Shown piece after piece: positions 24,011 through 37,558 of a stretch of DNA of 64,000 bases. Location of the stretch: contig NC_068982.1 of the NCBI RefSeq assembly GCF_001194135.2, positions 163,079,223 to 163,143,222 on the forward strand, written 5' to 3'. The notes beneath the pieces are model-generated. The model saw only the letters and a list, made by a program, of their open reading frames with translations, was not told the DNA's origin and did no database searches. The stretch is from Octopus bimaculoides (lineage: Eukaryota). The stretch's first letter is position 1; each line of letters starts with the position of its first letter. The translations under genes and the position numbers were made by a program.

Positions 24011-24344
24011 ATTCAGTCATGGACATGTGAAAGAATGTGGACATTTCTTTAAGTTGCTTAGGCTTAACTCTTGCATTCTGCATAATCCTCTTGCAAGGAC
24101 TGCAAACCAATACTTTTCAGTTAAAGCCATAGAAACACAAGCCCCCATGAATCTATGTGGTAAAATACTAAAAATGGCAACCAACCATTAAAAAAATAAA
24201 ATACACTGATCTACTCACTTATTATTATTATTATTATTAAATTCAGAATACTGAAATTTTCCTGCTTATATTCTTGAGGAGAAATTAGAAGTAAAATGGA
24301 AAAAGAAAAAAAAAGTGGAGGGACAATATGATAATTTTACTTAC

Positions 24345-24479
24345 TCATGCACACGGCCATCACCATGGAGATCAGATAATCCAAAACTAATGTAATGCCA
24401 ATGGGGAGGGATGTTTCTGTTTGGATCACCAGAGTTGGCATACATACTGATATAGTCCAAAGGATCAGGTCCACCTAAC
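24345..24479 (-). CDS. SUFU: SUFU exon 2 (LGGPDPLDYISMYANSGDPNRNIPPHWHYISFGLSDLHGDGRVHE)
   Basis: Acceptor ttcttcttccag, donor GA|gtaagt, 135 nt. Near-identical to the remembered human exon 2 peptide. Confidence 0.97.
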
Positions 24480-24805
24480 CTGGAAGAAGAAACATATAAA
24501 ATTAATTGGTTAGTTGCCATTTCAAAACAAAATAATAAAAAAAACAATTCCCACAAGAGCTTACAGATGAATGGAAAATAGAATTCAGCTGTTCTCACTA
24601 AGGTCAAGGATTATGAAATATTTCGTAAGATGTTGGTTTAGTATTACAAGAGAACTTTACCTGCTCAAGAGAAACTCTACAGGCATGATTACATTGGGTT
24701 GCCAGCAAGCGAACCTGACCAAAATGCAAAAAACCATCTAGCAATCACTTGTACAATGTTTGTGCATTGCTGATTTGTGGGTTTAGGTCAAACAGCTTTA
24801 CGACT

Positions 24806-25125
24806 TCACTAGCCCCAATTTCTGCCATCCTAATTTCCCTGATTGTAATCCTGTGGATACTATGTGTGGGGCATGGTTGAGAAAGATACTAACCACTCTG
24901 CCTGCAACAACCAAGGCTAAGCTGGTGGGCAAGGTCAAGGAGGGGGATCAAAGATCTTCCCAAGTTCCAGAGTCATTTGAGGCTGCTTTGAAAGCTAAGG
25001 GCAGCTACATTGGGTAAACTGTTATCTCCCAGCCATAATGTAGTTGGTAGTTTTTGAATTTTTCAAATAATTTTATTTTTGGATGAGATATTGTGTTTTC
25101 TTTTCCTATTATCCTGAACACCCTG
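24806..25125 (+). mobile_element. Tc1/mariner-superfamily (DD37D-like) 3' remnant
   Basis: Degenerate DFTSPNFxPPNxPDCNPxDYYVWG reading. Terminus CACCCTG|TA. Confidence 0.65.
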
Positions 25126-25441
25126 TATATATGAGCTTGCACACACAGACACACGCACAAACACATTTATGTATGTACATATACAAAGAAAACAATAAGG
25201 TGCATATAGTTTCTCTTTGAATTCCCTCAAATGCCACTATTACCACCATTGCTAAGTATATCATGGAGCATTATTTGATTAGCTTTAAGGTTAGAGAGAG
25301 AGATTTTAAAAGATATTCTAACAACATGTGCACATAGACACACTGTTGCACCTCATTCACCCCTTAACCGTACAATACACTTTGCTTTCCACTACTTACA
25401 ACTCTGATTTTATGTCTTAAAGATAATGTTGAGTTAGTGCG

Positions 25442-25469
<28 letters not shown>

Positions 25470-25475
<6 letters not shown>

Positions 25476-26690
25476 ATGAAACAAGTATTTGAAATACACA
25501 AAACAATTGAAAGTAAAAGACAATCAAAGTCTCTCAAAAAATTCCTCACGAGTGCTAAATTACCTTCCACAACTCCTACACCAACAGTCAAAAAGTGTGG
25601 CTGCTCTAATTGTGTGACTTACCTCAATCTTATTGAAGACACAACATACAAATTCAAATCAGGACAAATGTTTACCATAAAACATCACTTTACATGTTCT
25701 TCAAGGAATTTAATATATGCTATCAAATGTCAAAGATGTAATGAAGATTACATAGGTCAAACAAAGCTTACTCTAAGAAATAGGCTGAACATTCACCGAC
25801 AACAAATATGAGACCCCAGTACTAGACACGTCCCACTGAGTGGACACATAGACATATGTTCAAAAAATAAGTCCCCCAAATTCCAGGTCTTTTCACTCTA
25901 CCTATGTTCAGTGAATACCACAGATGAAGCACAGATAAAGAGAATACTTTCATACAAAAGTATGAAACCCAGACTTAACAAAGTACATATATAAATAACT
26001 ATTCACACACAAAACTCATTCTGCCGCTTAACATGAGGAACCTACAACCTAAACTTTAGCCACTGGACTACATACAAGCAATTCCTGTCTACTCTCCCAC
26101 CTCACAGATTAAATTTGGAGTGCCTTGATTGTAACTAAACATGTTCACTCATCTGCATCGGCCTTCATGTTAGGCGCAAAATATACTGCCACATGACACT
26201 AACGCACGGACGTAGCGGGAAACAGAGAAGGTTCTAAACTTAATCACATGCTCATTCTCTATAAATACTTGACAGAAAACATTCAAAGCATTGATTGTTT
26301 AGTACTACCACTAGACTTGTTCCATCAACTGTATCTGCCTTAACTTATGATGCTAAACATTATCACTTGATACTAACACACAGACGTAGCAGGGAACCTA
26401 CAAATATTTCTAAGACCAGTCATTTGACTATCCTCTACCAATCAAACCCTATTCAAAACATATACTAATTTGAGCCATGAGTTCCCTATCAAAATAGGGC
26501 AAGCTTCAGAAGCAAAACAGCTGTGATATAAGCCATGTCTTTCTATTTCAAAATTTTGAAAATCAGTATAAACTGTGAAACTGGTCAAATCTTTAAATGT
26601 AATAATAAAAAATATTTAAACTATTCTCAGTGTATTTTCAACTTCTATTTTCCCTATATTTCTGCCCGTGTGGAATAAATTAACTTTGTT
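25470..26690 (+). mobile_element. Penelope-like element 3' part: Cys-rich linker, GIY-YIG endonuclease, 3' noncoding region
   Basis: KKCGCSNC, then LIYAIKCQRCNEDYIGQT (25710-25763), LRNRLNIHRQ and PLSGH. In-frame TGA at 25809 is probably CGA decay. Confidence 0.85.
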
Positions 26691-27899
26691 TTCTATATAC
26701 ATATATATGTATCTCTCTCTCAGTGTGTATAAAATTTAAATTCATAAATACATAAATATACCTATACATCCCACTTCACAGCTTTCCATCTACCATTACC
26801 AATTCTTTTCCTTAAAGACAAAGTGAAGGCAGGTTATATGTATAATGAATAAATGTATATATAATGTATCACTCACATACATATATGAATGTATGCATGC
26901 ACATATATGTGTGTGTGGGTGTATGTGTTAAGACTAGCCTGTTGCTGTCAGTAATAACACACAGACATTCCTAAACTGTCAGTGTGTGGTCTGATGTCAG
27001 CAACTCAGGCACCCAAGCATTACTACACACACACACTTTCTCAGGCACATGCATGATTCTACCTAACACACTCCTGTAGGAGGATTGTATATTCTGATGG
27101 TGGTGTTGTTAGAAGTAGATAATTGTAGTGGTGATGTTGGTAATAATAGACAGTTGTAATAGTAGTTAACAATCTTAAGATAAAACTTGCACCAAAAACA
27201 AGATCAAAACAAGGACATTTTATGGAAAGGTTGCTCAGAATACAAGCAATACAATGAATAATCATTTAATAATGAGAAAGTGATAGACAAAAGGAAGAAC
27301 AATCTCACCACTAACTATAAACAACAGGGTAGGTATCTTCAGGTTCCACAACCCTGACTATGTTCCTCTATGGAGTCAATTATCTATAAAACAATGAAGG
27401 AGCTTCTATGTGGTGGTTCAACCAGCTAGAAACAGCAAATGATTTTTCATCAAATCAGACACCCTCTGTCTTATAAAAGGAAGGCACATTAGGTGTGGAT
27501 GGATTATGTCTAAAGGAAGAAGATATGGTGATCAAATATGACTGGAATACCTTTAATGCCGTAAGGATGATTTGGGACTAAGTAACAACACTTGCTGAGT
27601 TCATTCTATCACAGCGGTTGGCAATAAGAAAGACATCATCTCATTATAATGAATGGCAATTCATGTTGGAAAAATGAAGTATATGGGTGGGAAAGGGGTA
27701 GCAAAATTAAAGAAAGTCACATTCTTTTATTATTTTACTGTTTTCAGAGCACTGCCTTCAAGAATTGAAATTCATCATATCGAGTCCCAGTACTTAATTC
27801 TTTCAGGCACTTGCTTTAGCAACCCTTACTACTTGACCAAGTTACCTTTGATAGACATGGATGCACTGATATGCAGGTTTCTATGTAGATGTGAGCACA

Positions 27900-28220
27900 T
27901 GTGGCCATGCTGGAGCACTGCCTTCAGCCAAGAAAATCGACCCAAGGACTTATTCTTTGTAAGCCTAGTACTTATTTTATCGGTCTCTTTTACTGAACTG
28001 CTAAGTTACGGGACATAAACACACCAGCATCGGTTGTCAAGCGATGTTGGGGACACACACACATATATACACGACGGGCTTCTTTCAGTTTCCATCTACC
28101 AAATCCACTCACAAGGCTTTGGTCAGCCCGAGGCTATAGCAGAAGACACTTGCCCAAGGTGCCATGTAGTGGGACTGAACCCGGAACTATGTGGTTGGTA
28201 AGCACAGCCACTCCTGCACC
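27900..28220 (-). mobile_element. SINE family A copy
   Basis: Reverse-complement homology to 19582-19950. Confidence 0.85.
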
Positions 28221-28450
28221 TATATATATATCATCATTTTATGTCCATTTTCCATACTGGCATTATCTGGATGGGGCACCCTGGTTCAAAAAAGTTCTTA
28301 TCTGGAGTTACTGCTCTATTAGAGGATCAAGTCTCACTCATACATTTTCTTTTCGGTTTCATTTATGAAGCTGGATGTTTCCTAACACCATCAACGTATG
28401 GCACCAGCATTATAATCAGGAGCATTAATGAAACTGTCTTCTACCCCCGT

Positions 28451-28831
28451 GGAGGCGCAATGGCCCAGTGGTTAGGGCAGCAAACTCGCAGTCATAGGAT
28501 CGCAGTTTCGATGTTCAGACCAAGCGTTTTGAGTGTTTATTGAGCGAAAACACCTAAAGCTCCATGAGGCTCCGGCAGGGGGTGGTAGTGAACCCTGCTG
28601 TACTCTTTCACCACAACTTTCTCTCACTCTTACTTCCTGTTTCTGTTGTGCCTGTAATTCAAAGGGTCAGCCGTGTCACATTGTGTCACGCTGAATATCC
28701 CCAAGAACTACATTAAGGGTACATGTGTCTGTGGAGTGCTCAGCCACTTGCATGTTAATTTCACGAGCAGGCTGTTCCATTGATCGGATCAACTGGAACC
28801 CTCGACGTCATAAGCGATGGAGTGCCAACAA
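28451..28831 (+). mobile_element. tRNA-derived SINE (family C)
   Basis: GGCGCAATGGCCCAGTGGTTAGGGCAGC head with B-box-like GTTTCGATGTTC. A second copy is inverted at 32124-32487. Confidence 0.8.
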
Positions 28832-29201
28832 TCTTCTACCCCTATAAGACTAAAGAGTTCTCATTACTTTATACTGCACCTGTTTGCTCAAAGTAGCAAG
28901 ATGAAGAGGGTAAATAGCAGGTAGTGATGACAGAAGAAAACCAAGATAAGGGGTAAAGAGAACAAAAATATGAAGGTAGAGTGACTGGGGTGCAAGCATG
29001 AAAGAGGATGAGGGTGGGCTGGATATTAATAATTTGTGATTGCTGGGTGTACTGGGTACAAGATCATAGTAAAGGGGTTGAATATGACTGGCGCATTATC
29101 ATAGGGCTGGACAGGTTCAAAGACATCACTACACAACAGTTTGGTACTGTGAATAAGTCCAGTGCCATCTCTCATTATACAAGTGGAACATACTGTATGT
29201 G

Positions 29202-29241
<40 letters not shown>

Positions 29242-29599
29242 CATTGAATGCAAGTTTTGTGAAGTTATGTGATGGAAATAATCTAATTATTTGCAACACT
29301 AACTTCAGGAAACCAGCCAGACACCTGATCCCCTTCCAATTCAGTTAGCATGCAAGCTAGATAGACTTCATGTTCACCTGTAAGTGACATGGGCAACTGG
29401 TTGTGAATATGAAATCTCTCTTCAGTGAAGAAGATACTACTTTACATAGAGTAGTAATTAGTGACCTCAGGATAAGAACTATACAAACTCAGGACAAAAG
29501 TTATCTGGTGAAGAAAGGCACAGAGGTTGAAAGATCCCTTGGCTAATTTCAAAGCAGTACTGACACATGACAAAGCGGAGAAAATAGAATTATAACACA

Positions 29600-30530
29600 G
29601 AGGGCAACAGTAAGTTTCTATGAGACAAACTGCTGTGAACAGTGGACCAGATCTATTGATAGAACAAGGTTCCAGTCAGATGGAAAGTGACATGGGGCAC
29701 AATAGTACAACAGATAGACCCATTAAAGCTAGGAGAAAGAGCAGGAAAGAATGGGAGAGCAGAGAAGGGGCAAAGAATAATATAAGGTAGCTAGAAACAA
29801 CATTATATGCAGCAAGGAGAGAAACTGAGAGTGAAAATGTTTGTGAATGTTCTGCAATGAGAGGATGAAGAGCCATGAAATGTTCCAGCCAGCAAGGCAA
29901 TGTTTCAGTGAGGATCAAGATGCCATTGGGGAAAGGTGTGTGAAATGATAATAGTACACTTGCTGTCACTGATGTTGAGAAGAAAGAGATATGGCAATGT
30001 TATATGAAAAGTTGCTGAATGTATGAGAAAGAGTCAGATTATCCCATGAAGTCCCAACAGAGGGACCAGCTTTTACGCTTGACAGTTACACGGTCAAAAG
30101 CACAATTAAGGATGTGAGGTCAGTCAAAGTAGTTGACCATCAGGGAAAGTAACTGAGATGCTGAAATTATATACCTAATGCAACAGAAAATGTGCTAGTC
30201 ACTCACATAGAGGCCACACCCAAATGACTACCGGAAAGACAAAGCAGATGCTCAGGTAACTACAAAGGTATCAAACTGACATGAAAGAGTTTCCAGCATA
30301 GCCGATTGGGAGGAAAATGAGCTTAGATGCATTTGTGTCCTCTTATCAGTGAAAAGTTCTTTCATGAGAAAGTTATCAGCTAAGGGTAAGCCCCTACATT
30401 TGGCATTTTTTGATCTGGAAGAGACTTTTGACAAAATTCTGTCATCTTGTACTCACTAAGAAAACTAGGTCTACTGAATGGCTTGTGAGAGCTGTGCAAG
30501 CCATGTACAATCACACCCATGTTAAAGTAG
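29600..30530 (+). mobile_element. Highly degenerate RTE LINE middle fragment
   Basis: Remnants of the NYKGIKL and KPLHLAFFDLEETFDK motifs. Confidence 0.6.
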
Positions 30531-31508
30531 AGATAAACACTACTTTTTCGTATACAGCTTCCATCTTAGAGATTTTCTAATGGACTAGTTTCCTGGTTAT
30601 AAAATCAGTGATTGTATGACACTGTATTTTCTATACATTGCTAGCGAGATCAAACTACTGGCATGCCTGGCAAACAAGTTCCAACCACTGAAGAGATCCA
30701 ATAAGACTGAAATCATGTGATCTGGTGAATCAAAGCTAGAATGGCAGGAGTTATCACCCGCTTGCAATAAATATCAAGTGTGGAAAATGCACTGAATAAA
30801 CCAGCTAGAGATGCTTTCCTGGAGTTAAAATTGCAGTATTGCTGTCTCTTAGAGAACACCCACATTAAAGTGGGGATAAATACTACATTAATTTAGGTTT
30901 AGAGAAAGAAGGGGAAGAACAACTCCATTATTTAAATTGGATAAAGATAGTATAAGGTGGAGAGGGAGAGTCATATCTTTAGCAGTATGGTGACAACTCT
31001 GAAGATGTTTGATCTAATTAAATCTCATCAGCAGAGTGTAATATAACTGTCACTGTTAAACATCTAAAGTTTGACTTGAGAGAGGTAGGGGATTTTAGGG
31101 AATAAACACTGAGTGATGTGACAACTCTGAAAGAATGACTGGAGGAAGATACTGAGAGATGTCTGCTGCAGTAAAATGTACACTAACATATTTAATGTGG
31201 TGAACCGAAAACTATTTATTATCATTACATCAATAGTGAAGAGAAAAAATCATCATCTTAATGATTAATTCTAGTGAAGAAAGACAAGAATAGCAACACT
31301 GGAATTTAAATTAATAGCAATTAATTAAATAAAGACAGTATTAGGCATTTTTGTGTGGTCAAGAAGTTTGCTTCCCAGCAACATGGCTTCAGGTTTAGTC
31401 TCACTGTGTTCCATCTTAGGCATCTTCTACTATAGCTCTAAGTTGGTAAAAGCCTTGTGAGTGGATTTGGTAGGCAGAAGCTGAAAGGGGCTTATGTGTG
31501 TGTGTGTG

Positions 31509-31550
<42 letters not shown>

Positions 31551-32123
31551 TTAGTGTGTCCTTGTTTTGACAATGTGGTAGTTGTAAATGAGGTTCACTG
31601 TCATACAAGCAGTGTCATTTGTTTGGAATCTTCTGTAAAAATGTGAGGCTATTATGAAATATTATCTTGCTTGGAAGTAAGTGATGGCTGGTGACAAGAA
31701 AGGCATCTGGCAGTATGAAGTCTACCTCAGTGAATTCCATCTGACCCATACACTCATGTAAGCATGGAAAAATGAATGTTAAAATGATGATGATGAATTT
31801 ATAGTGTGAAGTAGGTCTGACCTATGGCAATATAGTGATAACTCCCAAACATGTTTTGGCCTTACTGGATGTCATCAGTAAGTCACAGGCTAAAAATTAC
31901 TATCAGTTTTTACATGACTTGAGCCTATACAGCTTGAATCTTTATAGAACAAGAAAGCCATGTTAGATTCCAGGATAAAATGCTTGATTTTATGTATATA
32001 ATAAATACACACAAATGTTTTGCGAGACCTCCATGAGATGGTGCTTAGTTCCAATTCCACAAAGTAGATGACAAATACTTCTGTTCCCTAGTCAGGATAT
32101 CATTTTCTCATCAGCTGATCTCA

Positions 32124-32487
32124 TGGTACTCTGTCGGTTACGACAACGAGGGTTCCAGTTGATCCAATCAACAGAACAGCCTGCTTGTGAAATTAACATG
32201 CTAGTGGCTGAGTACTTCACAAACACGTGTGCCCTTAGTGTAGTTCTCGGGGGAGATTCAGCGTGACAAGGCTGGCCCTTTCAAAATACAGGTACAACAG
32301 AAACAGGAAAAAAGAGTGAGAGAAAGTTGTGACGAAAGAATACAGCAGAGTTCACCCCCCGCTGTCGGAGCTTCGTGGAACTTTAGGTGTTTTCGCTCAA
32401 TAAACTCACAATGCCCGGTCTTGGAATTGAAATCGCAATCTTACGACCATAAATCCGCTGCTCTAACCACTGGACCACTGTGCCTCC
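32124..32487 (-). mobile_element. SINE family C copy
   Basis: Reverse complement of 28451-28831 over most of its length. Confidence 0.8.
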
Positions 32488-33033
32488 ACATCAGTTGATC
32501 TAGTACTCAGTTGTCTAATATGTTTCTCGAGCAAATAGATGAACGGAGATAATGTAGATTAATGTGTCCTGAAGTGCCTTTAGCCAATCTGAACTTGTGA
32601 TCTAGGGGAAAGTCTCCCAATACCATATCCAACTGCCCACTTGTACTCTTGATCTTACATGAACAAAGTTAACCCTTCTAGATCACAAGGCTCCATTGGC
32701 TAGCATTTGACCCTAATTTCTGTAGCTTTAAGAAGTTGAAAGGCAAATTTCCAAATAGATAGGAAATAAGATTTTCATAGGTGGTATTTCCACTCAGGAG
32801 GAATAAACTCAGTTATGTAATCCAATGAATTTATATAGGCTTTGAAGTTATGTAAGGTAATGTTCTAATACTGTTTATAACCAATACTGCCTGATGTATC
32901 TACTTAAAATCTATGATGGGCCAACAGGTGAAACTATACATGGTTGCTTGACCTGCTAGAAATAACAATAACTCCTATTTTATTTTGAAAAATAAAGGAA
33001 ACAGTAGATACTGTAATCTAAGATACACTATGT

Positions 33034-33080
<47 letters not shown>

Positions 33081-33343
33081 CTTGCTGGTCCCCTTGCTAG
33101 AAGGTGGCAAGGCTGCTGGCCCTGTTGCTAGTAGGTGGTAGGGGTTCACTCCCCAGCTCACAATATCTTGGATATGCAGCTGTGCATTGTTAACCAGCCA
33201 GAAGAGATGGCTTCTTGGGGTTAAAAAAAAATCGCAGTAAAGTCCTTTCAAATGGACGGGCATGTTGAAGTGGCTACAAACATTACTTGTTAGCACAACT
33301 ACTGCACTGATCTCTTAGAGAGATTTTAGAACTAGCATTTTTG

Positions 33344-33376
<33 letters not shown>

Positions 33377-33735
33377 NNNNNNNNNNNNNNNNNNNNNNNN
33401 NNNNNNNNNNNNNNNNNNNNNNNNNNNNNNNNNNNNNNNNNNNNNNNNNNNNNNNNNNNNNNNNNNNNNNNNNNNNNNNNNNNNNNNNNNNNNNNNNNNN
33501 NNNNNNNNNNNNNNNNNNNNNNNNNNNNNNNNNNNNNNNNNNNNNNNNNNNNNNNNNNNNNNNNNNNNNNNNNNNNNNNNNNNNNNNNNNNNNNNNNNNN
33601 NNNNNNNNNNNNNNNNNNNNNNNNNNNNNNNNNNNNNNNNNNNNNNNNNNNNNNNNNNNNNNNNNNNNNNNNNNNNNNNNNNNNNNNNNNNNNNNNNNNN
33701 NNNNNNNNNNNNNNNNNNNNNNNNNNNNNNNNNNN

Positions 33736-34214
33736 GAGAGGGGGTGAGAGAGAATATTGCGAAGCTAGAGAGAGAAGCTTTTTGCCGTTGTTACGTCAAT
33801 ACCGGAAGTTGACATTGAGGAACCTTTTTAAAGAATGTGTGTGTTTGTAAGAAACAGAGTGTGAGTGAGTCAAGGGGTGTGTTGTCATATGCATCCATCA
33901 TTTTTGGATATATGTGTGCGCGTGTGTGTGAGAGACAGAGTGAGAGAGCGTTGTGCATGTAGTATTTACTCTCTCTCTCATACACACGCACACACACGTC
34001 CATTTCATCTGATGTCTAATACTCTGTGTGTGTGTGTGTGTGTGTGCGTGCGTGCATGGGGGGTTCCACAATCGCCATTTATTTCAATTACTCTTGTGAG
34101 GATATTCACATAAATCATTTGTTTCATTTAATCCCTATTTTAATTTTCGTAAAAGATTTCAAGTACCAATAAGCAACAATTTCATTCCCGAGCAACGCCG
34201 GGTGGCTCTGCTAG
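33736..34214 (+). mobile_element. Non-autonomous Helitron 3' portion (5' end in the gap or TA run)
   Basis: GC hairpin CCCGAGCAACGCCGGG (34187-34202), then CTAG (34211-34214), then T, which is the canonical Helitron 3' end. Confidence 0.65.
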
Positions 34215-35959
34215 TATATATATATAAATATATATTTTTCTTTTAAGTGTTTCAGTCATGCAGTTGTTGTCTAACCTAATGTTAAACAACTACATCTTAG
34301 AGACTTGGAATCATTGAGAATTAAATGCTGTGGCTAAGGACAGAAATCAAGAAACATATTGTCACTCTCACAGAGATATTCATCAATAATCAGTCATTTG
34401 ATACCTGTTACCTCATAGATGAACTGAGGCAGAGTAAAATAAAGTTCTTTGCACCACGCACACTCAAAACATTGCTGCCCAGTAAAAACAATGAAATGCC
34501 TGCAGAGAATTTGAACTCCAAAGCCATTAATCAATAGTCCAATACTTTGTTCATATAAAAATGTAACAAGTCAAAAGTTGTAAAGTTCAGAACATATGAT
34601 TTCAATTCCAATTTCTTATTAACATTCTTGAGTCACGTATGAATACCACAATATTCCATTTCCACTACTCTAAAATGTAAGGTCTTTTAGTTTAGCCGAT
34701 AAATCAAAAGAAACCAATATTAAAATGACAGCTACCTATCCTAGTAATATCATACAGTTGAAGGTCAGCTGCTGGAGATTTACTAACCCAGTCTGCAATC
34801 ATTACTTCATTTCATTTAGCTGTTAGTATTAAAAAAACAGCTCTTACAGTAAAGTTACCTACAACTGGCAGTTGTCCAGGGCTAGACAGGGTTCTCATTT
34901 ATTTAACACACTAAGTTTTTTATAATGGTTGGCCCTTCTGAACCTATCCAGTTCCACGCCATAGGAAACAAATCAATATGTACATATGTTTATATATAAC
35001 TGGTGAGATTGACAAGAATGGTAACAAACTGATAGAGCATTACTCTCTCTAGGATACATAAAACATGTGTGTGTATCTGTATTAACCTATGTAAATAGGT
35101 GTTTTTAAAAAACAAAAATATCATGAAAAGAAAGAAGATTAGTAAAGTGCTGATATACCATTCTTTGAGCAACTGTCGGGGTGGACAGAGGTGATTAAAC
35201 TCTAGTTAATAAAAATTATAAGTAGAAATCTGACATATCTGGTTGCAGTAATCATGAAATCAAAACAGCTATAAAATGAGAAAGAGGAAAAGAATGTCAA
35301 AATAACCTAACAATTTCAGCATACATTTAGCAACACCAACATATCACACCTCTGCAAGAACAGAATGTGAACAACTGCATAAAATGCATAGAAGAATTTA
35401 AGTTTTATTCTATTTGATGCTGAGTTTGAATGTTTAGTGGAAGGAGGGAGTCTATATTGTCTTTCATTTCTCAGTGGTATGAGAGATTCAGTCATTGGAC
35501 TGCAACCATGCAGAAGTGATACATTCAAAAAGTTTTAGCAGTTCATATTGATCCCAGTACAAATTTCTATTTGGTATTTAATTAATCAATCTCCCATTAC
35601 TTTCATGATATAAAGGGATGCAGTTTTACTCTTACATATAACACACAAACACACACACGCACAATTTCATCTACTAAATTCAACTCACAAAACACTGGTC
35701 AACCCAAGCCTACAACAGAAAACTGACCAAAGGTTGCACAATGGGAATGTACCCAGAACAGTGTAATTGAAAAGCAAACTTTTAACCTCACAGCTAAGCC
35801 AAAAACTATGATATAAATCAAAAACAAACAAAATAATGGCAGTTACATACTGGTGTAGTGACTGGCACAATTGCAAGTTTCTTCAACAAGGATTACCTGG
35901 CACCTCTTTATCCAACTTTCCTTATCTATATACATCACATGTATGTACTAGTTCAGTTT

Positions 35960-36870
35960 TTTTTTCTTGCACAATATTTCTAATTTCTGTCAACTGATTT
36001 GTTCATGTACACTAATATTACTCATGTTCACCTCATTTCTTTCCAGCCTTCATACATCTACAATCAACGTTCATTTTTTAGTCAGTCTATCTGTGATCCC
36101 ACTTCACCTTTTGTATATCCATAGATTACACTGGATACATCATACAGAATTCCTATCCTGCTTTCTTTCCTGCTAAAACGTTTGTCATTAGTCCTGGTTT
36201 TGCTTCCACATGTGGTATTTTTCTCTAATTCTTCAGCAGGTTCAGCAACAAGAACTTGGTCATTGATACACAGAAGTTCCCATGGAAAGTTAGTCTTGAA
36301 CTCTTATAATGACCTGGAGACCTATGATACAGGAGGGGACTGAGAACTGATTCCTGATGTACACCTACCTATACACTAAATTTCTCACTGAAATCATTGC
36401 TAATTCTCACTTTGCTGATAACATCTGTGTACTCTCATACATCTAGTTTCCTAAGCAACTGCCAGACAACAAAGCATGGTTCTCTGTCAAAAGCCATCTC
36501 CAGGTCAATGAATGCTTAGTGGCTTGCTCTTTGCCAAGAACTTCTATTAGTTATCTTGTTGAAAGGCATCAATGGTACTTTATCTTAGTACAAAACTGAA
36601 CCACAGCTCATATTAGTTGATCTTTTTCAAATTAGTTGTGCTGTAAATCTATTACTTGGACAATCCCTTTGATGCACTGTAGTTGTTTCCCTACCATGAC
36701 AATCATTGGGAATGAACCCTGGATGACTTAATAACAAGCTCATGTCCTATTCTGAGGGATATTTTCAGCGTCTCATGCTTTTCTTGCCCTCATATTTCTA
36801 TCTGCTTTAATTAAGAAATAGCTGAGCTTCCTGATCCAAACCAGACCAACTAAGGTTAAGAGTTAATAGA
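35960..36870 (-). mobile_element. Degenerate RTE LINE RT fragment including a decayed PHD-like segment
   Basis: Reverse-complement homology to 1150-1760. Confidence 0.7.
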
Positions 36871-37331
36871 AGTGAAGAAGCACATAAAACTGAGAGTACA
36901 GCCCAAATACCCAACAAAACACCAGTAAAAAATTCTGAATTAAAGGCCTAAGAGCTGGTCATTCTACATCAAATTTGTTTGGATCAGCTGTGATTGAATA
37001 AAATCTATGATTAAAAGAACTCCAGTTATGACCATTTAAATTTTTTTTTATATTTCAACCAACTTTACTTCTTTTATCACCTTAGTGTGTAATTTGAGAC
37101 AAGATAGAGTTATTTTCATATGAACACATAAAGACTCCTTTGTGAGCTTATATCTGGTAATTCAGAATAGAATTCAAAGATTAAGAAATTCAATACACCT
37201 ACCATGAAGGAGATACTCCAGCATGATCTTGACTGTGCTCGCAAAACAAACAGAACCATGTTTCATTACCCAGTGAATAGACATTTTACTGGACACAGAA
37301 TTTCTCAAGAGGGTAAACTTTGAATACTGCT

Positions 37332-37558
37332 TTAACCTTTTAGCATTTAAACTGGCCATATCCGGCCCAATATATTCTATCTGTTTTATGTTCAAACCAG
37401 CCAGATCTGGCCTCTCACACCTACCCTACAATGTCATTGTAAAAATAAACACTCAAATCATCAAAATCTCCAAGCTGAGATAATGCACGATTAAATCAAA
37501 ACAAGGTGAATAAATAGGTATTGCATCTGACAGAGTAATCTGAATGCCAAGGGGTAAA
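37332..37558 (-). mobile_element. TTAA-flanked MITE copy
   Basis: Reverse complement of the 9481-9708 family. Confidence 0.7.

Noticed and set aside
24341-24607. ORF-track 88-aa product with a hydrophobic N-terminal part
   Set aside because: Only 24345-24479 is the SUFU exon. The rest is intron read-through across the acceptor.
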